Part shown: positions 19,185 to 28,512 of the stretch, in pieces | How positions within the stretch are numbered: the first letter of the stretch is position 1 | Layout of the letters: every line of letters begins with the position of its first letter | DNA from: Candidatus Latescibacterota bacterium | GTDB taxonomy: Bacteria; Latescibacterota; UBA2968; GCA-2709665 | DNA length: 64,000 nucleotides | Assembly: GCA_965248435.1 (NCBI GenBank) | Contig: OZ252100.1 | Location: forward strand, 2,880,001 to 2,944,000 | Direction: 5' to 3' | Notes under the pieces: model-generated | Told to the model about the DNA's origin: nothing | Database searches by the model: none | Seen by the model: only the letters and a program-made list of their open reading frames with translations | Program-made: the position numbers and the translations under genes

Positions 19185-22112
19185 GTGCGAAGAACCGATT
19201 TCAATTGGGGCACCCTGACTCAGGCTCGGGGTTCCCCAATCGCGTTTAAAGGAGTCACCGTGTCAGGCATCGTAACCGTATCGGATGAGCGCGCGGTCTA
19301 CCGCGTGCTCCAGCGACCCCGCAACATCGTGGTCCCTGCTGAGGCCAATGCGCTCGACGGATTCGTGTCCGACACGTCCAGCGCGTACCGGAATCGCTCC
19401 ATCGTACGCGAGCGGCTCCACTGCGCGACCCGCACGCCCAGTACGCTCGAGATGGGGAATTCCTTCACCGGCAGCCATTTTCTCGGGGTGGCCATGCAGG
19501 ACGCTTCCGAAGGAGACGAGCCATTCGAGCTTTGGATGGGCAACCGGAAACTGGCCGAAGCCTGTGCTGATACCAACGACAATCGAGTACACCTGTTCGT
19601 CATCAAAGAGCCGCTTCACCTCAAAGGTGGCGAAAGCATCCGGCTCGTGACGGGGGCGAACGAACGACCCTATCGTATCGAGTCGATTGCCCTGCTCAAG
19701 CGGCGGCCCAAGGCCTGCCCAAGGTCAGTGATGAGGCCCCTCAAATTGCCCAAGCCCAAGCGCCGCCCCGGCCTCAGAGCAAGGCGCATCGCGCTCACGA
19801 TTCAGGTCCGCCAGGGTGCGCAAGCAAAACGCTTTCCTCTTACGACAGGGATTCCCCTTCCAGTTGGACATCTTTACGATGCCAGGCGTGTCGAGCTGCT
19901 CGATTCGTCCAGACGGCCGATTCCGGTTCAGGTGCGCGCCAACGGCCAGTGGCCCGACGGCAGTGTGCGTTGGCTACTCGTCGACTTTCAGCACGATCTA
20001 ACCTCAAATGATCGGAACGTGACTCTTCGCTACGGCCGAGACGTGTCGCGACTTGCGCGCGGCAAGCCGCTGGCCATTGACGCGAAGGGTGGTGTGCAGA
20101 TCGACACCGGCGCGGCGAAACTCCTCGTGCCGAGGAATGGGTTTGTCCTGCCCGGTCGAGTGCAGCTAGAAGATGGGTCGACGGTAGTCGAAGCCGTGCC
20201 GAAGGGAGGTATCAGACTAAAGACTGCGGACGGCAAGGTCTACACCTCGCGCGGCAAGGTCGACTGGATCGAGGTCGTGGAAGCAGGACCGCTGCGTGCG
20301 GTAGTGAAGGTCGAGTGCCGGCACCTCGATTCGCGCGGGCGTTCGATGTTCCGTTCGACGGCGTACATCCACGCCTATGCAGGCAAGGCGTGGTTTCGGG
20401 TCAGCTACACCTTCACCAACGACAACACCACGGCCGAGTTCACGAACGTGCGTGAACTGACGCTGTCGACGCGCCTGGTTCCACGACCCGGAATGGCGAC
20501 GTCTGTCTTTCAGGATTTCGACAACCACTTCACACTCTCTACAGACGGCCGGCGCCGACAAGAAGGTCGACGCCACAGCGGTCTGCTGATGTCTAAGACG
20601 AAGGCGGGAGCCTGCGCCGTCGCCGTGCAGAATTTCTGGCAGAACTATCCCAAAGGACTCACTCTCGGTCGCAAGAGCATCGGGGTCGGTATCTGCCCGG
20701 ACGTTTCTGATGTGGACTACCGGGTCGGCGGGGTCGAGGAGGACCGGCTCTTTTATCACCTGTCAGAGGGGGCACACAAATTCAAGTGCGGGATGTCGCG
20801 TACGCACGAGCTGTTCTACGGCTTCGCGCCCCGTGGCAGCGGTCGAGACCTCCAGCGGCAGGCAAGGGCATTCCTGCAGACCCCGGTCGTCCGTGCGGAA
20901 CCCGAAGTCTACGTGCGAAGCGGCGCGGTTGGCCAGATGGCGTACAGGTCCTCAGTCACCGGTTTCTACGAGCACTGGAGCGAGGGCGCTCGAGCGCAGT
21001 TCCTCGCAGATCGGAAGAGACGCCGGGCCTACGGAATGATGAATTTCGGCGATTGGTTCGGTGAACGGCGCTACAACTGGGGCAACCTGGAATACGACAC
21101 GCCGTGGGTGTTCCTGAACGAATTCATCCGGGGCGGAGGGCCAGAGTGGTTCGAACTCGGAGCGCAGGCCGCGCGTCACCTGGTGGACGTGGACACCTGT
21201 CACGCGTCATCCGAGTTCGACGCAGTCGGCAGCCAGTATGCGCACTGCATGGGCCACGTCGGCGGCTATTACCCGCAGGGTTATCGAGAGATGGCCAAGA
21301 CTGAGGGGACCACAACTGTTGCACACACGTGGGTCGAGGGCCTGTTTCTGTATCACGGTCTCACCGGCGATACGCGGGCGCTCGACGCGGCCAGAGCCGC
21401 CTGCGACAACATGGCCGGGACCGTGGATGGCAAGACGTTCGACTTCACCAACTGCCGCAACCCGGGGTGGTTGCTGATCCATATGTGCGCGGGTTACCGC
21501 GCCACGCTCGAAAAACGCTATCTGAACGCGGCCCACATCGTGGTCGAGCGCGTACTCGAACGGCAGCGCGAGTCCGGCGGCTGGGAGCGCATGTTGAGGC
21601 CCGGTCACTGCTACTGCGATCCGCCTCGCCACACGGGCAACGCCGCGTTCATGGTCAGCCTGCTGATGGCTGGACTCAAGCGCTACCATCAGATCACCCG
21701 CGACCCGCGGGTAAGGCGCTGCATCATTCGAGCTGCCCACTACGTTATCGATTCATACTGGGTGGAGGAAACACGCACGTTTCGCTACACGAACTGCCCG
21801 CACATCTGGGTGCACGTGTCCATGAACCCGCAGATGCTCGAGGGCCTGGGCTACGCATGGCAACTGTCGAAATCGAGGGTGATCGGAGAGGTGCTCGTGG
21901 GGGCGGTGGAGCGCTGCTTCGCGGCCACAGATTCGGAGAGCCGCGCCGATCGAACCCTGTCCGTGGAGGTGCCAGGATATCCCAGGCGCGAGTTCAATGA
22001 GGAGGCGGATCAAGGCTTCGGAAAGATGATCTCGTTGCGGATGCGGCAGGCCCCATTTGCGCTTTTCGACTATGAGAAGGCCAAGGCCGCTAGAGGAGCA
22101 GACTGTTCCTAG
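19185..22112 (+). CDS. Large hypothetical protein, exo-rhamnogalacturonan lyase (PcRGLX/YetA)-like with extra N-terminal domain
   Basis: PLTTGIPLP...PVQ...WPDGSVRW, EAGPLRAVV, FWQNYPKGL, YGMMNFGDW, WGNLEYD. Confidence 0.65.
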   Translation: MRRTDFNWGTLTQARGSPIAFKGVTVSGIVTVSDERAVYRVLQRPRNIVVPAEANALDGFVSDTSSAYRNRSIVRERLHCATRTPSTLEMGNSFTGSHFLGVAMQDASEGDEPFELWMGNRKLAEACADTNDNRVHLFVIKEPLHLKGGESIRLVTGANERPYRIESIALLKRRPKACPRSVMRPLKLPKPKRRPGLRARRIALTIQVRQGAQAKRFPLTTGIPLPVGHLYDARRVELLDSSRRPIPVQVRANGQWPDGSVRWLLVDFQHDLTSNDRNVTLRYGRDVSRLARGKPLAIDAKGGVQIDTGAAKLLVPRNGFVLPGRVQLEDGSTVVEAVPKGGIRLKTADGKVYTSRGKVDWIEVVEAGPLRAVVKVECRHLDSRGRSMFRSTAYIHAYAGKAWFRVSYTFTNDNTTAEFTNVRELTLSTRLVPRPGMATSVFQDFDNHFTLSTDGRRRQEGRRHSGLLMSKTKAGACAVAVQNFWQNYPKGLTLGRKSIGVGICPDVSDVDYRVGGVEEDRLFYHLSEGAHKFKCGMSRTHELFYGFAPRGSGRDLQRQARAFLQTPVVRAEPEVYVRSGAVGQMAYRSSVTGFYEHWSEGARAQFLADRKRRRAYGMMNFGDWFGERRYNWGNLEYDTPWVFLNEFIRGGGPEWFELGAQAARHLVDVDTCHASSEFDAVGSQYAHCMGHVGGYYPQGYREMAKTEGTTTVAHTWVEGLFLYHGLTGDTRALDAARAACDNMAGTVDGKTFDFTNCRNPGWLLIHMCAGYRATLEKRYLNAAHIVVERVLERQRESGGWERMLRPGHCYCDPPRHTGNAAFMVSLLMAGLKRYHQITRDPRVRRCIIRAAHYVIDSYWVEETRTFRYTNCPHIWVHVSMNPQMLEGLGYAWQLSKSRVIGEVLVGAVERCFAATDSESRADRTLSVEVPGYPRREFNEEADQGFGKMISLRMRQAPFALFDYEKAKAARGADCS

Positions 22113-22231
22113 GAGCAGTTAGACCAATATTCCACGCGCGTGGAATATCTTCGAAGTTGCGGAGCTCAGGCATATCCTACCATGATGGTTTCCTGGTTTT
22201 CGTGGAATTTCGTGTCCTTCGTGATCTCCGC

Positions 22232-22305
22232 AATCCCAAATCCGCACTCCACAACGCCTCACGTTCCCCGGTACCCGTGTTTTTATTCCCCGGTACCCGG
22301 TCTTT
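22232..22305. repeat. Dispersed intergenic repeat, copy 2 (overlaps recJ 3' end)
   Basis: Matches 5131-5199. Confidence 0.75.
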
Positions 22306-23986
22306 CACACGGCCGCATGTCTTTTACTTCAAGCTCCACTTTCTGATAACCATTCCACGTATTCTTGACCAGTGAAAACGCCACATCCACTCGTTTGCCC
22401 GCAGAGAGGAGTTTGGCGAGGTCTCCCTGTCGCCACCAGATCGCCCCGAGAACCTGCTTATCCATCTCTAGCTTCATCTTGAGGTGTGTCCCGCCATCAC
22501 CTACCGTATCCACGGCGCGAATGTCACACCCTTTCACCATAAAGCACGGCGATTCGTTCAAAGGCCCGAACGGTTCCAGCGCATCGATGAGCGACACCGA
22601 TCTCAGCGAGATGTCAGAAGGAGCCAGCTCCGCATCGATCTCCAGTCGAGGGGTGAGCGCCTCATCCGTCAGGGATTGATTGGCGTCCTGGATCAGCCGG
22701 TCGCGAAAGGTCTCGAAGTTCTTCGCCGGCAACGTGAAGCCGGCAGCTGCCGCGTGGCCCCCGAACTCGCTAAGCAGATCGGCGCATTTGAAAATCGCCT
22801 CGAAAATATTGTAGCCGCCCGAAGATCGCGCCGAGCCGGTAAACGTGCCGTCCTTTCTGACCCCTGTGCAGATGGCCGATGGGCGCGCATACGCCTCCGA
22901 TAAACGGCCGGCGATCAGACCGATGACACCCAGATGCCAATCCTCACCCGGAACGACCAGGATCCTGTCCCGAAACAGCTCACCTCTTTCCACCTGGCCG
23001 CGCGCCTCGTCGATGCCCGCGTTCTGCAGTTCCATCCTTTGTGCATTCAGCGCGTTCAACGCTTCGGCCAAACCTTGAGCCTTGGCTTCGTCCGGGCTCC
23101 GAAGAAGGTCCAGAGCAAGCTCAGCTGAGCCTAGCCGGCCCGCGCTGTTGATTCTGGGACCGAGGAAGAACGCGATCGCCGTCGTATTCACAGGTTTGTC
23201 CGCCGAACCCGCCACCTCTTTGAGCGCCCGAAGTCCGGGTCTCGCCGTCTTGTCCATCACCCGCATCCCTCTCCGGGTCAGCAGTCGGTTTTCGGAAACC
23301 ATCGGCGCAACATCCGCCACGGTTCCTAGCGCAACCAGGTCCAGGAGAGAATTCAGGTAGGGCACCCTCTCTTCACGGCTCATTAGATCCATCGAAGCGG
23401 CCTGGACCACCTTAAAGGCAACACCCACGGCCGCCAGACCCTTAAAAGCGTAACCACAATCCGATCGGTTCGGGTTCACGATAGCTACAGCGGCCGGCAG
23501 TCGTTCCTGCGGATGGTGGTGGTCGACCACCACGACGTCCACGCCCGCCTCACGCGCGATGTCGATCGCCTCGAACGAGGAAATGCCGTTGTCGGCCGTC
23601 AGGATCAGCTGCGCGCCTTCTGCCAGAGCACGCTCGACCCCGGGTGGCTTCATTCCGTAGCCGTCTCGAAATCGATCAGGGAGGAGGGCCACCGCATCAA
23701 TCCCGATACGCTCGAGGAAGTCCATCAATACCGCAGTACTCGTCACCCCGTCGACATCGTAGTCGCCGAACACGACCACGCGCTCACCCTTCCTCCGGGC
23801 ATCTAGAATCCGACTCACCGCACGGTCCATGTCCTGCATCTTAAGGGGGTCCAGTAGAACCTCGGGAGCGTCCGAGATATCCTCGCGGGTCAGCGATCGG
23901 TTCTTCAGAAGCATATCCATCAAGGAATTGTAGGCATCCCGATGCCTGAGATGCCATATGGGATACTGCTGCATCGTTGCCGTCAA
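22283..23986 (-). CDS. recJ: ssDNA exonuclease RecJ
   Basis: GDYDVDGVTS, TADNG, DHH, ALGTVAD, GPRINSAGR, GSARS, GGHAAAAG. Confidence 0.96.
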   Translation of the reverse strand: MTATMQQYPIWHLRHRDAYNSLMDMLLKNRSLTREDISDAPEVLLDPLKMQDMDRAVSRILDARRKGERVVVFGDYDVDGVTSTAVLMDFLERIGIDAVALLPDRFRDGYGMKPPGVERALAEGAQLILTADNGISSFEAIDIAREAGVDVVVVDHHHPQERLPAAVAIVNPNRSDCGYAFKGLAAVGVAFKVVQAASMDLMSREERVPYLNSLLDLVALGTVADVAPMVSENRLLTRRGMRVMDKTARPGLRALKEVAGSADKPVNTTAIAFFLGPRINSAGRLGSAELALDLLRSPDEAKAQGLAEALNALNAQRMELQNAGIDEARGQVERGELFRDRILVVPGEDWHLGVIGLIAGRLSEAYARPSAICTGVRKDGTFTGSARSSGGYNIFEAIFKCADLLSEFGGHAAAAGFTLPAKNFETFRDRLIQDANQSLTDEALTPRLEIDAELAPSDISLRSVSLIDALEPFGPLNESPCFMVKGCDIRAVDTVGDGGTHLKMKLEMDKQVLGAIWWRQGDLAKLLSAGKRVDVAFSLVKNTWNGYQKVELEVKDMRPCERPGTGE

Positions 23987-24200
23987 AGCTTGAGAAATAG
24001 CCTTCTCCTTCTCTTAGAAACTTAACCCCTATGCCGGGGCTACGGGTCACCAAGTCCCCTCTGAGGAGGGGTATTTCGGCGAAACCGATCGGTCATAATA
24101 GATTTCGGTCACTCCAATTCCGGAGGCAGTGCAGTACGTCATCGGCTCCAGACTCACGACGTATAACCAAACAGTGATCACCAAAATCCCCTCCTGGGTC

Positions 24201-24265
24201 GGGGTGGGTCACAATAGGGTTTCTGCCCATCAGACCCACCCCTAAATCCCCCCCCCAAGGAGGGC
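24201..24265. repeat. REP-like inverted palindrome pair
   Basis: GGGGTGGGTC (24201-24210) / GACCCACCCC (24233-24242), followed by TAAATCCCC...AAGGAGGG; a related CCCCTCTGAGGAGGGG lies near 24056. Confidence 0.5.
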
Positions 24266-24359
24266 ACTCTAACAATCGCACCAAACGCTTTCCGGGGTGT
24301 CCCGGCAAGGCCGGGACGGGGTGGGAGCGGTGAACATTCAAATAAATTGGAAAAAGGAC

Positions 24360-24387
24360 TAAAGTTTGCTCAAGTCAAAGCCGATAC
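24360..24387 (+). promoter_or_regulatory. Sigma-28 (FliA)-type promoter
   Basis: TAAAGTTT-12 nt-GCCGATAC versus consensus TAAAGTTT-N11-GCCGATAA. Confidence 0.65.
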
Positions 24388-24394
24388 TGGGGAT

Positions 24395-24668
24395 AGGGAG
24401 TAGAACTCCCTTCCCTGGAAGCAGCCCTCGGACGGACTCGGGGAACCCGAACGCCCGACGCACACGCCTCATCCGGGATGATGGGGGAGAAAATCGCAGG
24501 AAGTGAAACAGAAGGGGAAAGGGAAAAAACAAAGCCGACCTCACCCCCGGCAGGCCGAATCGCCTAAAGGGGATGCGGAACCGGCGCAAAGCAGGGAGGC
24601 AAGCCGTCGAAGCAGGAAGCCGCTTGGTCCGGCCCCCCTTTCGCCTAGGGAAGGGGGGTCCCTGTTTG
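24395..24668 (+). ncRNA. Candidate GGA-rich CsrB/RsmZ-like small RNA
   Basis: No credible ORF; 15 GGA trinucleotides including two CAGGAAG sites; sigma-28-type promoter upstream; strong 3' hairpin. Confidence 0.5.
24631..24668 (+). terminator. Terminator-like hairpin ending the candidate sRNA
   Basis: GGCCCCCCTTTC / GGAAGGGGGGTC 12-bp stem followed by CCTGTTTG (weak U-tract). Confidence 0.55.
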
Positions 24669-24699
24669 TCTGGGAATGAGGTCAGCTTAACACTATAGA

Positions 24700-24726
24700 C
24701 TATCGGCATTTAGCGTTCGATCTTTA
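24700..24726 (-). promoter_or_regulatory. Sigma-28-type promoter, antisense to the candidate sRNA
   Basis: Minus strand TAAA-15 nt-GCCGATAG. Confidence 0.6.
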
Positions 24727-24741
24727 CCGATGTCTTTGGGT

Positions 24742-24768
24742 TAAATCCCCGAGAAAACTAGCCGACCC
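24742..24768 (+). promoter_or_regulatory. Weaker sigma-28-type promoter upstream of the receiver gene
   Basis: TAAA-15 nt-GCCGACCC. Confidence 0.45.
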
Positions 24769-24925
24769 CACCCGTTCCGGGCACCGATTCCTTCAAAATC
24801 TACACAATCTGAACCATCTCGGCGTCCTTCGCCTTTGGCGACTGCGTTGTCTGGTGTATATTTGGGCGATCGTGTCATATCAGCACGTCCTCAAAGCCCC
24901 CATCACCTATCCCACGGTTCCGATC

Positions 24926-25318
24926 TTGCCCAGAATCCTCCTGGCGGAAGATGCCGTTTCGGCGATGATTCTTGCCCGTGTCCTCTTCGACGACCCCGAC
25001 CTCCAGATCGACGTCGTCACGGACGGTCGCCGTGCGCTGGAGCGCCTGAATCAGGCCCCCAAAGCCTTCGATCTGGTCATCCTGGGCTATGACGTGCCTG
25101 GGGTCAGCGCCCCCGAATGCGTCGCCTTCATCAAACAGATGTTCCGCCGACTTCCCATCCTCGTCCTCACAGAATCTCTCGAAGAAAACCAACTCAGCGA
25201 GCTGGCCGAACTTGGCATTCGGCAGGATCGTGTCCTGGAAAAGCCGATCGAGCCCGAGACCTTCGCGGCCAGAGTCAAAGGAGTCCTGTCCGAAGGAAAT
25301 CGGTTCAGGCCCCCATAA
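24926..25318 (+). CDS. Single-domain atypical (aspartate-less) response regulator receiver
   Basis: RILLAED...FDLVILGYDVPG...ILVLT...LEKP; phospho-Asp position is Gly. Start uncertain (24854 or 24926). Confidence 0.75.
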   Translation: MPRILLAEDAVSAMILARVLFDDPDLQIDVVTDGRRALERLNQAPKAFDLVILGYDVPGVSAPECVAFIKQMFRRLPILVLTESLEENQLSELAELGIRQDRVLEKPIEPETFAARVKGVLSEGNRFRPP

Positions 25319-26093
25319 TATTGTAGCCCCCATCCACGTGCAGCACCTCTCCCGTAACCCCGCTGGAAAGATCGCTCAAAAGAAACAGTCCCGTCTTCCC
25401 GACTTCCTCCTGGGTGATGTTCCGCCCCAGCGGCGCGCGATCCTGATACATCTGGAGAAAATCGGTGAACCCCTTCACGCCCCTCGCGGAGACCGTGCTG
25501 ATCGGGCCTGCCGAAAGTGCGTTTACGCGGATGTTCCGGGGCCCAAGCTCATAAGCAAGCTGTCGAACCGCGTGTTCCAGCGCAGCTTTCGCACTCCCCA
25601 TCACATTGTAGGACCGAAAGACTTTTTCAGAGGCCATATAGGTCAGCGTCAGGATCGTGCCGCCATCAGTCATCAGGGACGCGGCGGCCCGGGTCATCCT
25701 CACGAATGAATAGGCGCTGATATCCAGCGCGATCTGATAGGCCTCACGCGAGGTCTCCATAAAGGCACCCTGCAGGGCCTCGCGGGGCGCGAACGCGATG
25801 CAGTGTGCGAAGCAATCCAGCTGCCCGACCTCGCTCTTGACGAAATCGAACAGGCCCTGGATTTGATCATCTTCCCCGACATTGCAGGCTTCAGGAGGAA
25901 TAACAACGTCGTCGCCCCATCCTTTCAGGTCTGTCAGCTTCTGGATGCTCCCGCGTTCTCGATCCCCCACGTAAGGCAGGATCAGCTTTGCCCCGGCAGA
26001 ATACAAGGCCTGCGCAATCCCCCAGGCGATGCTCCATTTATTCGCAACGCTGGCGACCACGGCAACCTTGCCGCTCAAATCAATCCCGTACAT
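25305..26093 (-). CDS. fabI: Enoyl-ACP reductase
   Basis: VANKWSIAWGIA, HCIAFAP, YNVMGSAKAALE, RVNALSAGPI. Confidence 0.93.
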   Translation of the reverse strand: MYGIDLSGKVAVVASVANKWSIAWGIAQALYSAGAKLILPYVGDRERGSIQKLTDLKGWGDDVVIPPEACNVGEDDQIQGLFDFVKSEVGQLDCFAHCIAFAPREALQGAFMETSREAYQIALDISAYSFVRMTRAAASLMTDGGTILTLTYMASEKVFRSYNVMGSAKAALEHAVRQLAYELGPRNIRVNALSAGPISTVSARGVKGFTDFLQMYQDRAPLGRNITQEEVGKTGLFLLSDLSSGVTGEVLHVDGGYNIMGA

Positions 26094-26127
26094 GTCGTCC
26101 CTTCCTTACGTTTCGCAACCGGGTTGA

Positions 26128-26472
26128 TCATCCTGAATCCAGGTCGCCCAGGGCCTCCAACAGCTCCTCTTTCGCGTGCATCTCCCCGGCCTTATCTGCC
26201 ACCTCAACGCCCTTCCTGAGAATGTCGGCGGCCTCCGGTTCCTGCCCCAATTCCATCAAAAGAACGCCATATTGGTAATAGGTCGCCAAATAGTCCGGAG
26301 ACCGATCAATGAGTCCCATAAAGAGCCGAGCTGCTTGCTCCCCTTCTCCCGCCTTCACAAACTCCAGCGCCAGCGCATATTGAGCGAATTCATCTTCAGG
26401 CTGGCGCTCAAGGATGGCCTTCAGCATCTCGATACGCGAACTCACGATTGCCCTTTCGTGTGAACATCCCAT
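26128..26472 (-). CDS. Small TPR protein
   Basis: PEDEFAQYALALEF...PDYLATYYQYG TPR pattern; true start probably ~26444. Confidence 0.8.
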   Translation of the reverse strand: MGCSHERAIVSSRIEMLKAILERQPEDEFAQYALALEFVKAGEGEQAARLFMGLIDRSPDYLATYYQYGVLLMELGQEPEAADILRKGVEVADKAGEMHAKEELLEALGDLDSG

Positions 26473-26649
26473 CCAAACGCGTAGAAACTACACCAGACAC
26501 AGAGCAAAGTCAATCGGCTTCGGCCTTCCGGACTCCTTGACTCCGCTTCACCCCATCACTAACTTTGTTGAAACCCACGGATGCCTTCTTGCATCTAATA
26601 GACGGTCTTCAGATTTCAGAAATAGAGGTCACTCACAAGAGGAGTTCTA

Positions 26650-27045
26650 ATGTCCGAGCATTTTACCCAAGTCAAGGAGTTCCTTCAGGATCTCGACCTT
26701 GCCATCGAGGAAGAGATTGAGGCGGAGCATCTGGTCGTCGTCAGCGACGAAGACCGGGGGATTCACAAACTGATCGTCGACTGTGAAGAACCGATCCTCA
26801 TCCTCGAACAGGCCATCATGCCGGTGCCTTCAGGAGGTACCGATATCTACCGGCGACTGCTCGAGATCAATCGCACACTCATTCACGGTGCCTTCGCCAT
26901 CGATGAAGAGACGAATACGATCCTCTTCAGAGATACGCTTCGCCTGGACACCCTCGATCGGGGCGAAATCGAAGGCACGATAAACGCCCTCGGCCTCGCA
27001 CTGGCCGAAAACGCCCAAGAGCTACTCAGCTTCAGTAACCAATAG
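26650..27045 (+). CDS. YbjN/CesT-like (T3SS chaperone-fold) protein
   Basis: YRRLLEINRTLIHGAFAID...LFRDTL; AGAGGAG SD; precedes pspA. Confidence 0.75.
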   Translation: MSEHFTQVKEFLQDLDLAIEEEIEAEHLVVVSDEDRGIHKLIVDCEEPILILEQAIMPVPSGGTDIYRRLLEINRTLIHGAFAIDEETNTILFRDTLRLDTLDRGEIEGTINALGLALAENAQELLSFSNQ

Positions 27046-27055
27046 GAGTTTTGTT

Positions 27056-27757
27056 ATGGGAATCTTTCAGAGGGTCTTTCGCGTGGGAAAGGCCGAAGTC
27101 CATTCTGCAATCGATAAGTTTGAAGACCCCATCAGAATGACCGAACAGGGGATTCGGGATCTGAAGAAAGACCTGAATATCGCCATGACCAGCCTGGCCG
27201 ATGTGAAGAGTCAGGCCATCCGTCTCAAGAAACAGATGGAAGATAACAAGAAGGCAGCTGCAGATTATGAGCGAAAGGCCATGCTTCTTCTGCAGAAGGC
27301 CCAGAACGGGGACCTTGAGGCATCCGAAGCCGACCGCCTGGCAACCGAAGCGCTCAGCCGCAAAGAGGAATCTACGAATCGCGCGGCGACCCTCACGCAG
27401 GATCATCAGCAGACGGAATCGACAGCAACGCAGCTGCAGGCCCAGGTGGAAAAGCTGAAGTCGACGATCGCCAGTTACGAAAACGACTTGGTCACGCTTC
27501 GTGCCAGGGCGCGAACCGCCGCTGCTACCAAGAAAATCAACCGCCAGCTCGCCAAAGTCGACTCGTCCGGTACGATGTCGATGCTCGAAAGAATGAAAGA
27601 ACGAGTCGAAGCGGATGAATCCCTTTCTCAGGCCTACGGAGAAATGGCGGCGGCCTCCCAGAGTGTGGATCAGGAAATCGATGCCGTATTGAAGGACAAG
27701 GGCGGTTCGGGAAACAAACTGGCGGAGCTCAAGGCCAAGATGGGGATGCAGTCTTAG
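27056..27757 (+). CDS. pspA: PspA/IM30 family protein
   Basis: MGIFQRV amphipathic helix, EDPIRMTEQGIRDL, coiled coil, LAELKAKMG. Confidence 0.92.
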   Translation: MGIFQRVFRVGKAEVHSAIDKFEDPIRMTEQGIRDLKKDLNIAMTSLADVKSQAIRLKKQMEDNKKAAADYERKAMLLLQKAQNGDLEASEADRLATEALSRKEESTNRAATLTQDHQQTESTATQLQAQVEKLKSTIASYENDLVTLRARARTAAATKKINRQLAKVDSSGTMSMLERMKERVEADESLSQAYGEMAAASQSVDQEIDAVLKDKGGSGNKLAELKAKMGMQS

Positions 27758-27763
27758 TTCGAC

Positions 27764-28306
27764 ATGCCCTGGAATCCATTCAAGAAAAAGAACGCCGAAC
27801 CCGAATTCGACCCGCTCAGGGATCTGACCCTGTCGGACTTGAAACCGGGCTATCTGCTCGACTATGACCTAAAGACCTGGAGCGTCACAGCGCAGAATCG
27901 CTACGATATCGACGGTGACAGCGTCGATGAGTGGCAGTTGAGCTCCGGTAGTGAAGTACGCTACCTGGAACGCGAGGAGGACGATACGGTCAGCTGGACT
28001 CTATCTCGAAAGGTCCCTTTGGCCGATGTCGACACCGGACTGCAAGCCCACCTGAAAGAGAACGACGACCCGCCCGAGTCGATCGCGTTCGAAGGGACAG
28101 AATACGAGGGGGAGTCGACCGCAGCCGGCAAGTTCTACAAAGGCGGAGAGGGTTCGGGACAGGAATTTATCGTCTGGGACTATGTCGACGCGTCAGGCAG
28201 CCTCAGTCTCACGCTCGAGCAATGGGGGGAAGACGAATACGAAGCCTCGGTGGGCGAAAGCGTCGAAGAATATCAATTTAGCAATATCCTCCCATCTGGC
28301 GGATAA
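27764..28306 (+). CDS. DUF4178 domain protein
   Basis: LSDLKPGYLLDYD...EWQL...LTLEQW; follows pspA. Confidence 0.75.
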   Translation: MPWNPFKKKNAEPEFDPLRDLTLSDLKPGYLLDYDLKTWSVTAQNRYDIDGDSVDEWQLSSGSEVRYLEREEDDTVSWTLSRKVPLADVDTGLQAHLKENDDPPESIAFEGTEYEGESTAAGKFYKGGEGSGQEFIVWDYVDASGSLSLTLEQWGEDEYEASVGESVEEYQFSNILPSGG

Positions 28307-28316
28307 ACGCAATATA

Positions 28317-28492
28317 ATTGCGGATTTGGGATTGACTATTCCAGGGTTTTTTCTACCCCATTCGAATCGTCCATAATTTTCCTGTTTTGCTTTTGAATCC
28401 GCAACCCCGCTCCGCAATCGACTCACCTCACCATCCGCTTCTTTTGCCAAAGCCATGCCGCGCCCTCATTCCGAAATCCCCAATCCGCAATT
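28317..28492. repeat. Intergenic element with near-perfect 17-bp inverted ends built from AATCCGC-like heptamers
   Basis: ATTGCGGATTTGGGATT near 28317 and AATCCCCAATCCGCAAT near 28475 (1 mismatch); same motif as at 5131, 22232 and 50400. Confidence 0.6.
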
Positions 28493-28512
28493 GAACAACG
28501 ATCTACCGGCTC

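Noticed and set aside
24093-24180. Possible DUF559/Vsr nuclease remnant between REP-like palindromes
   Set aside because: Only a vague resemblance over ~20 aa; not supportable.
24359-24709. 116-aa minus-strand ORF across the candidate sRNA
   Set aside because: F/P/R-rich translation of the purine-rich opposite strand, with no SD or domain; its ATG lies within the minus-strand promoter motif.
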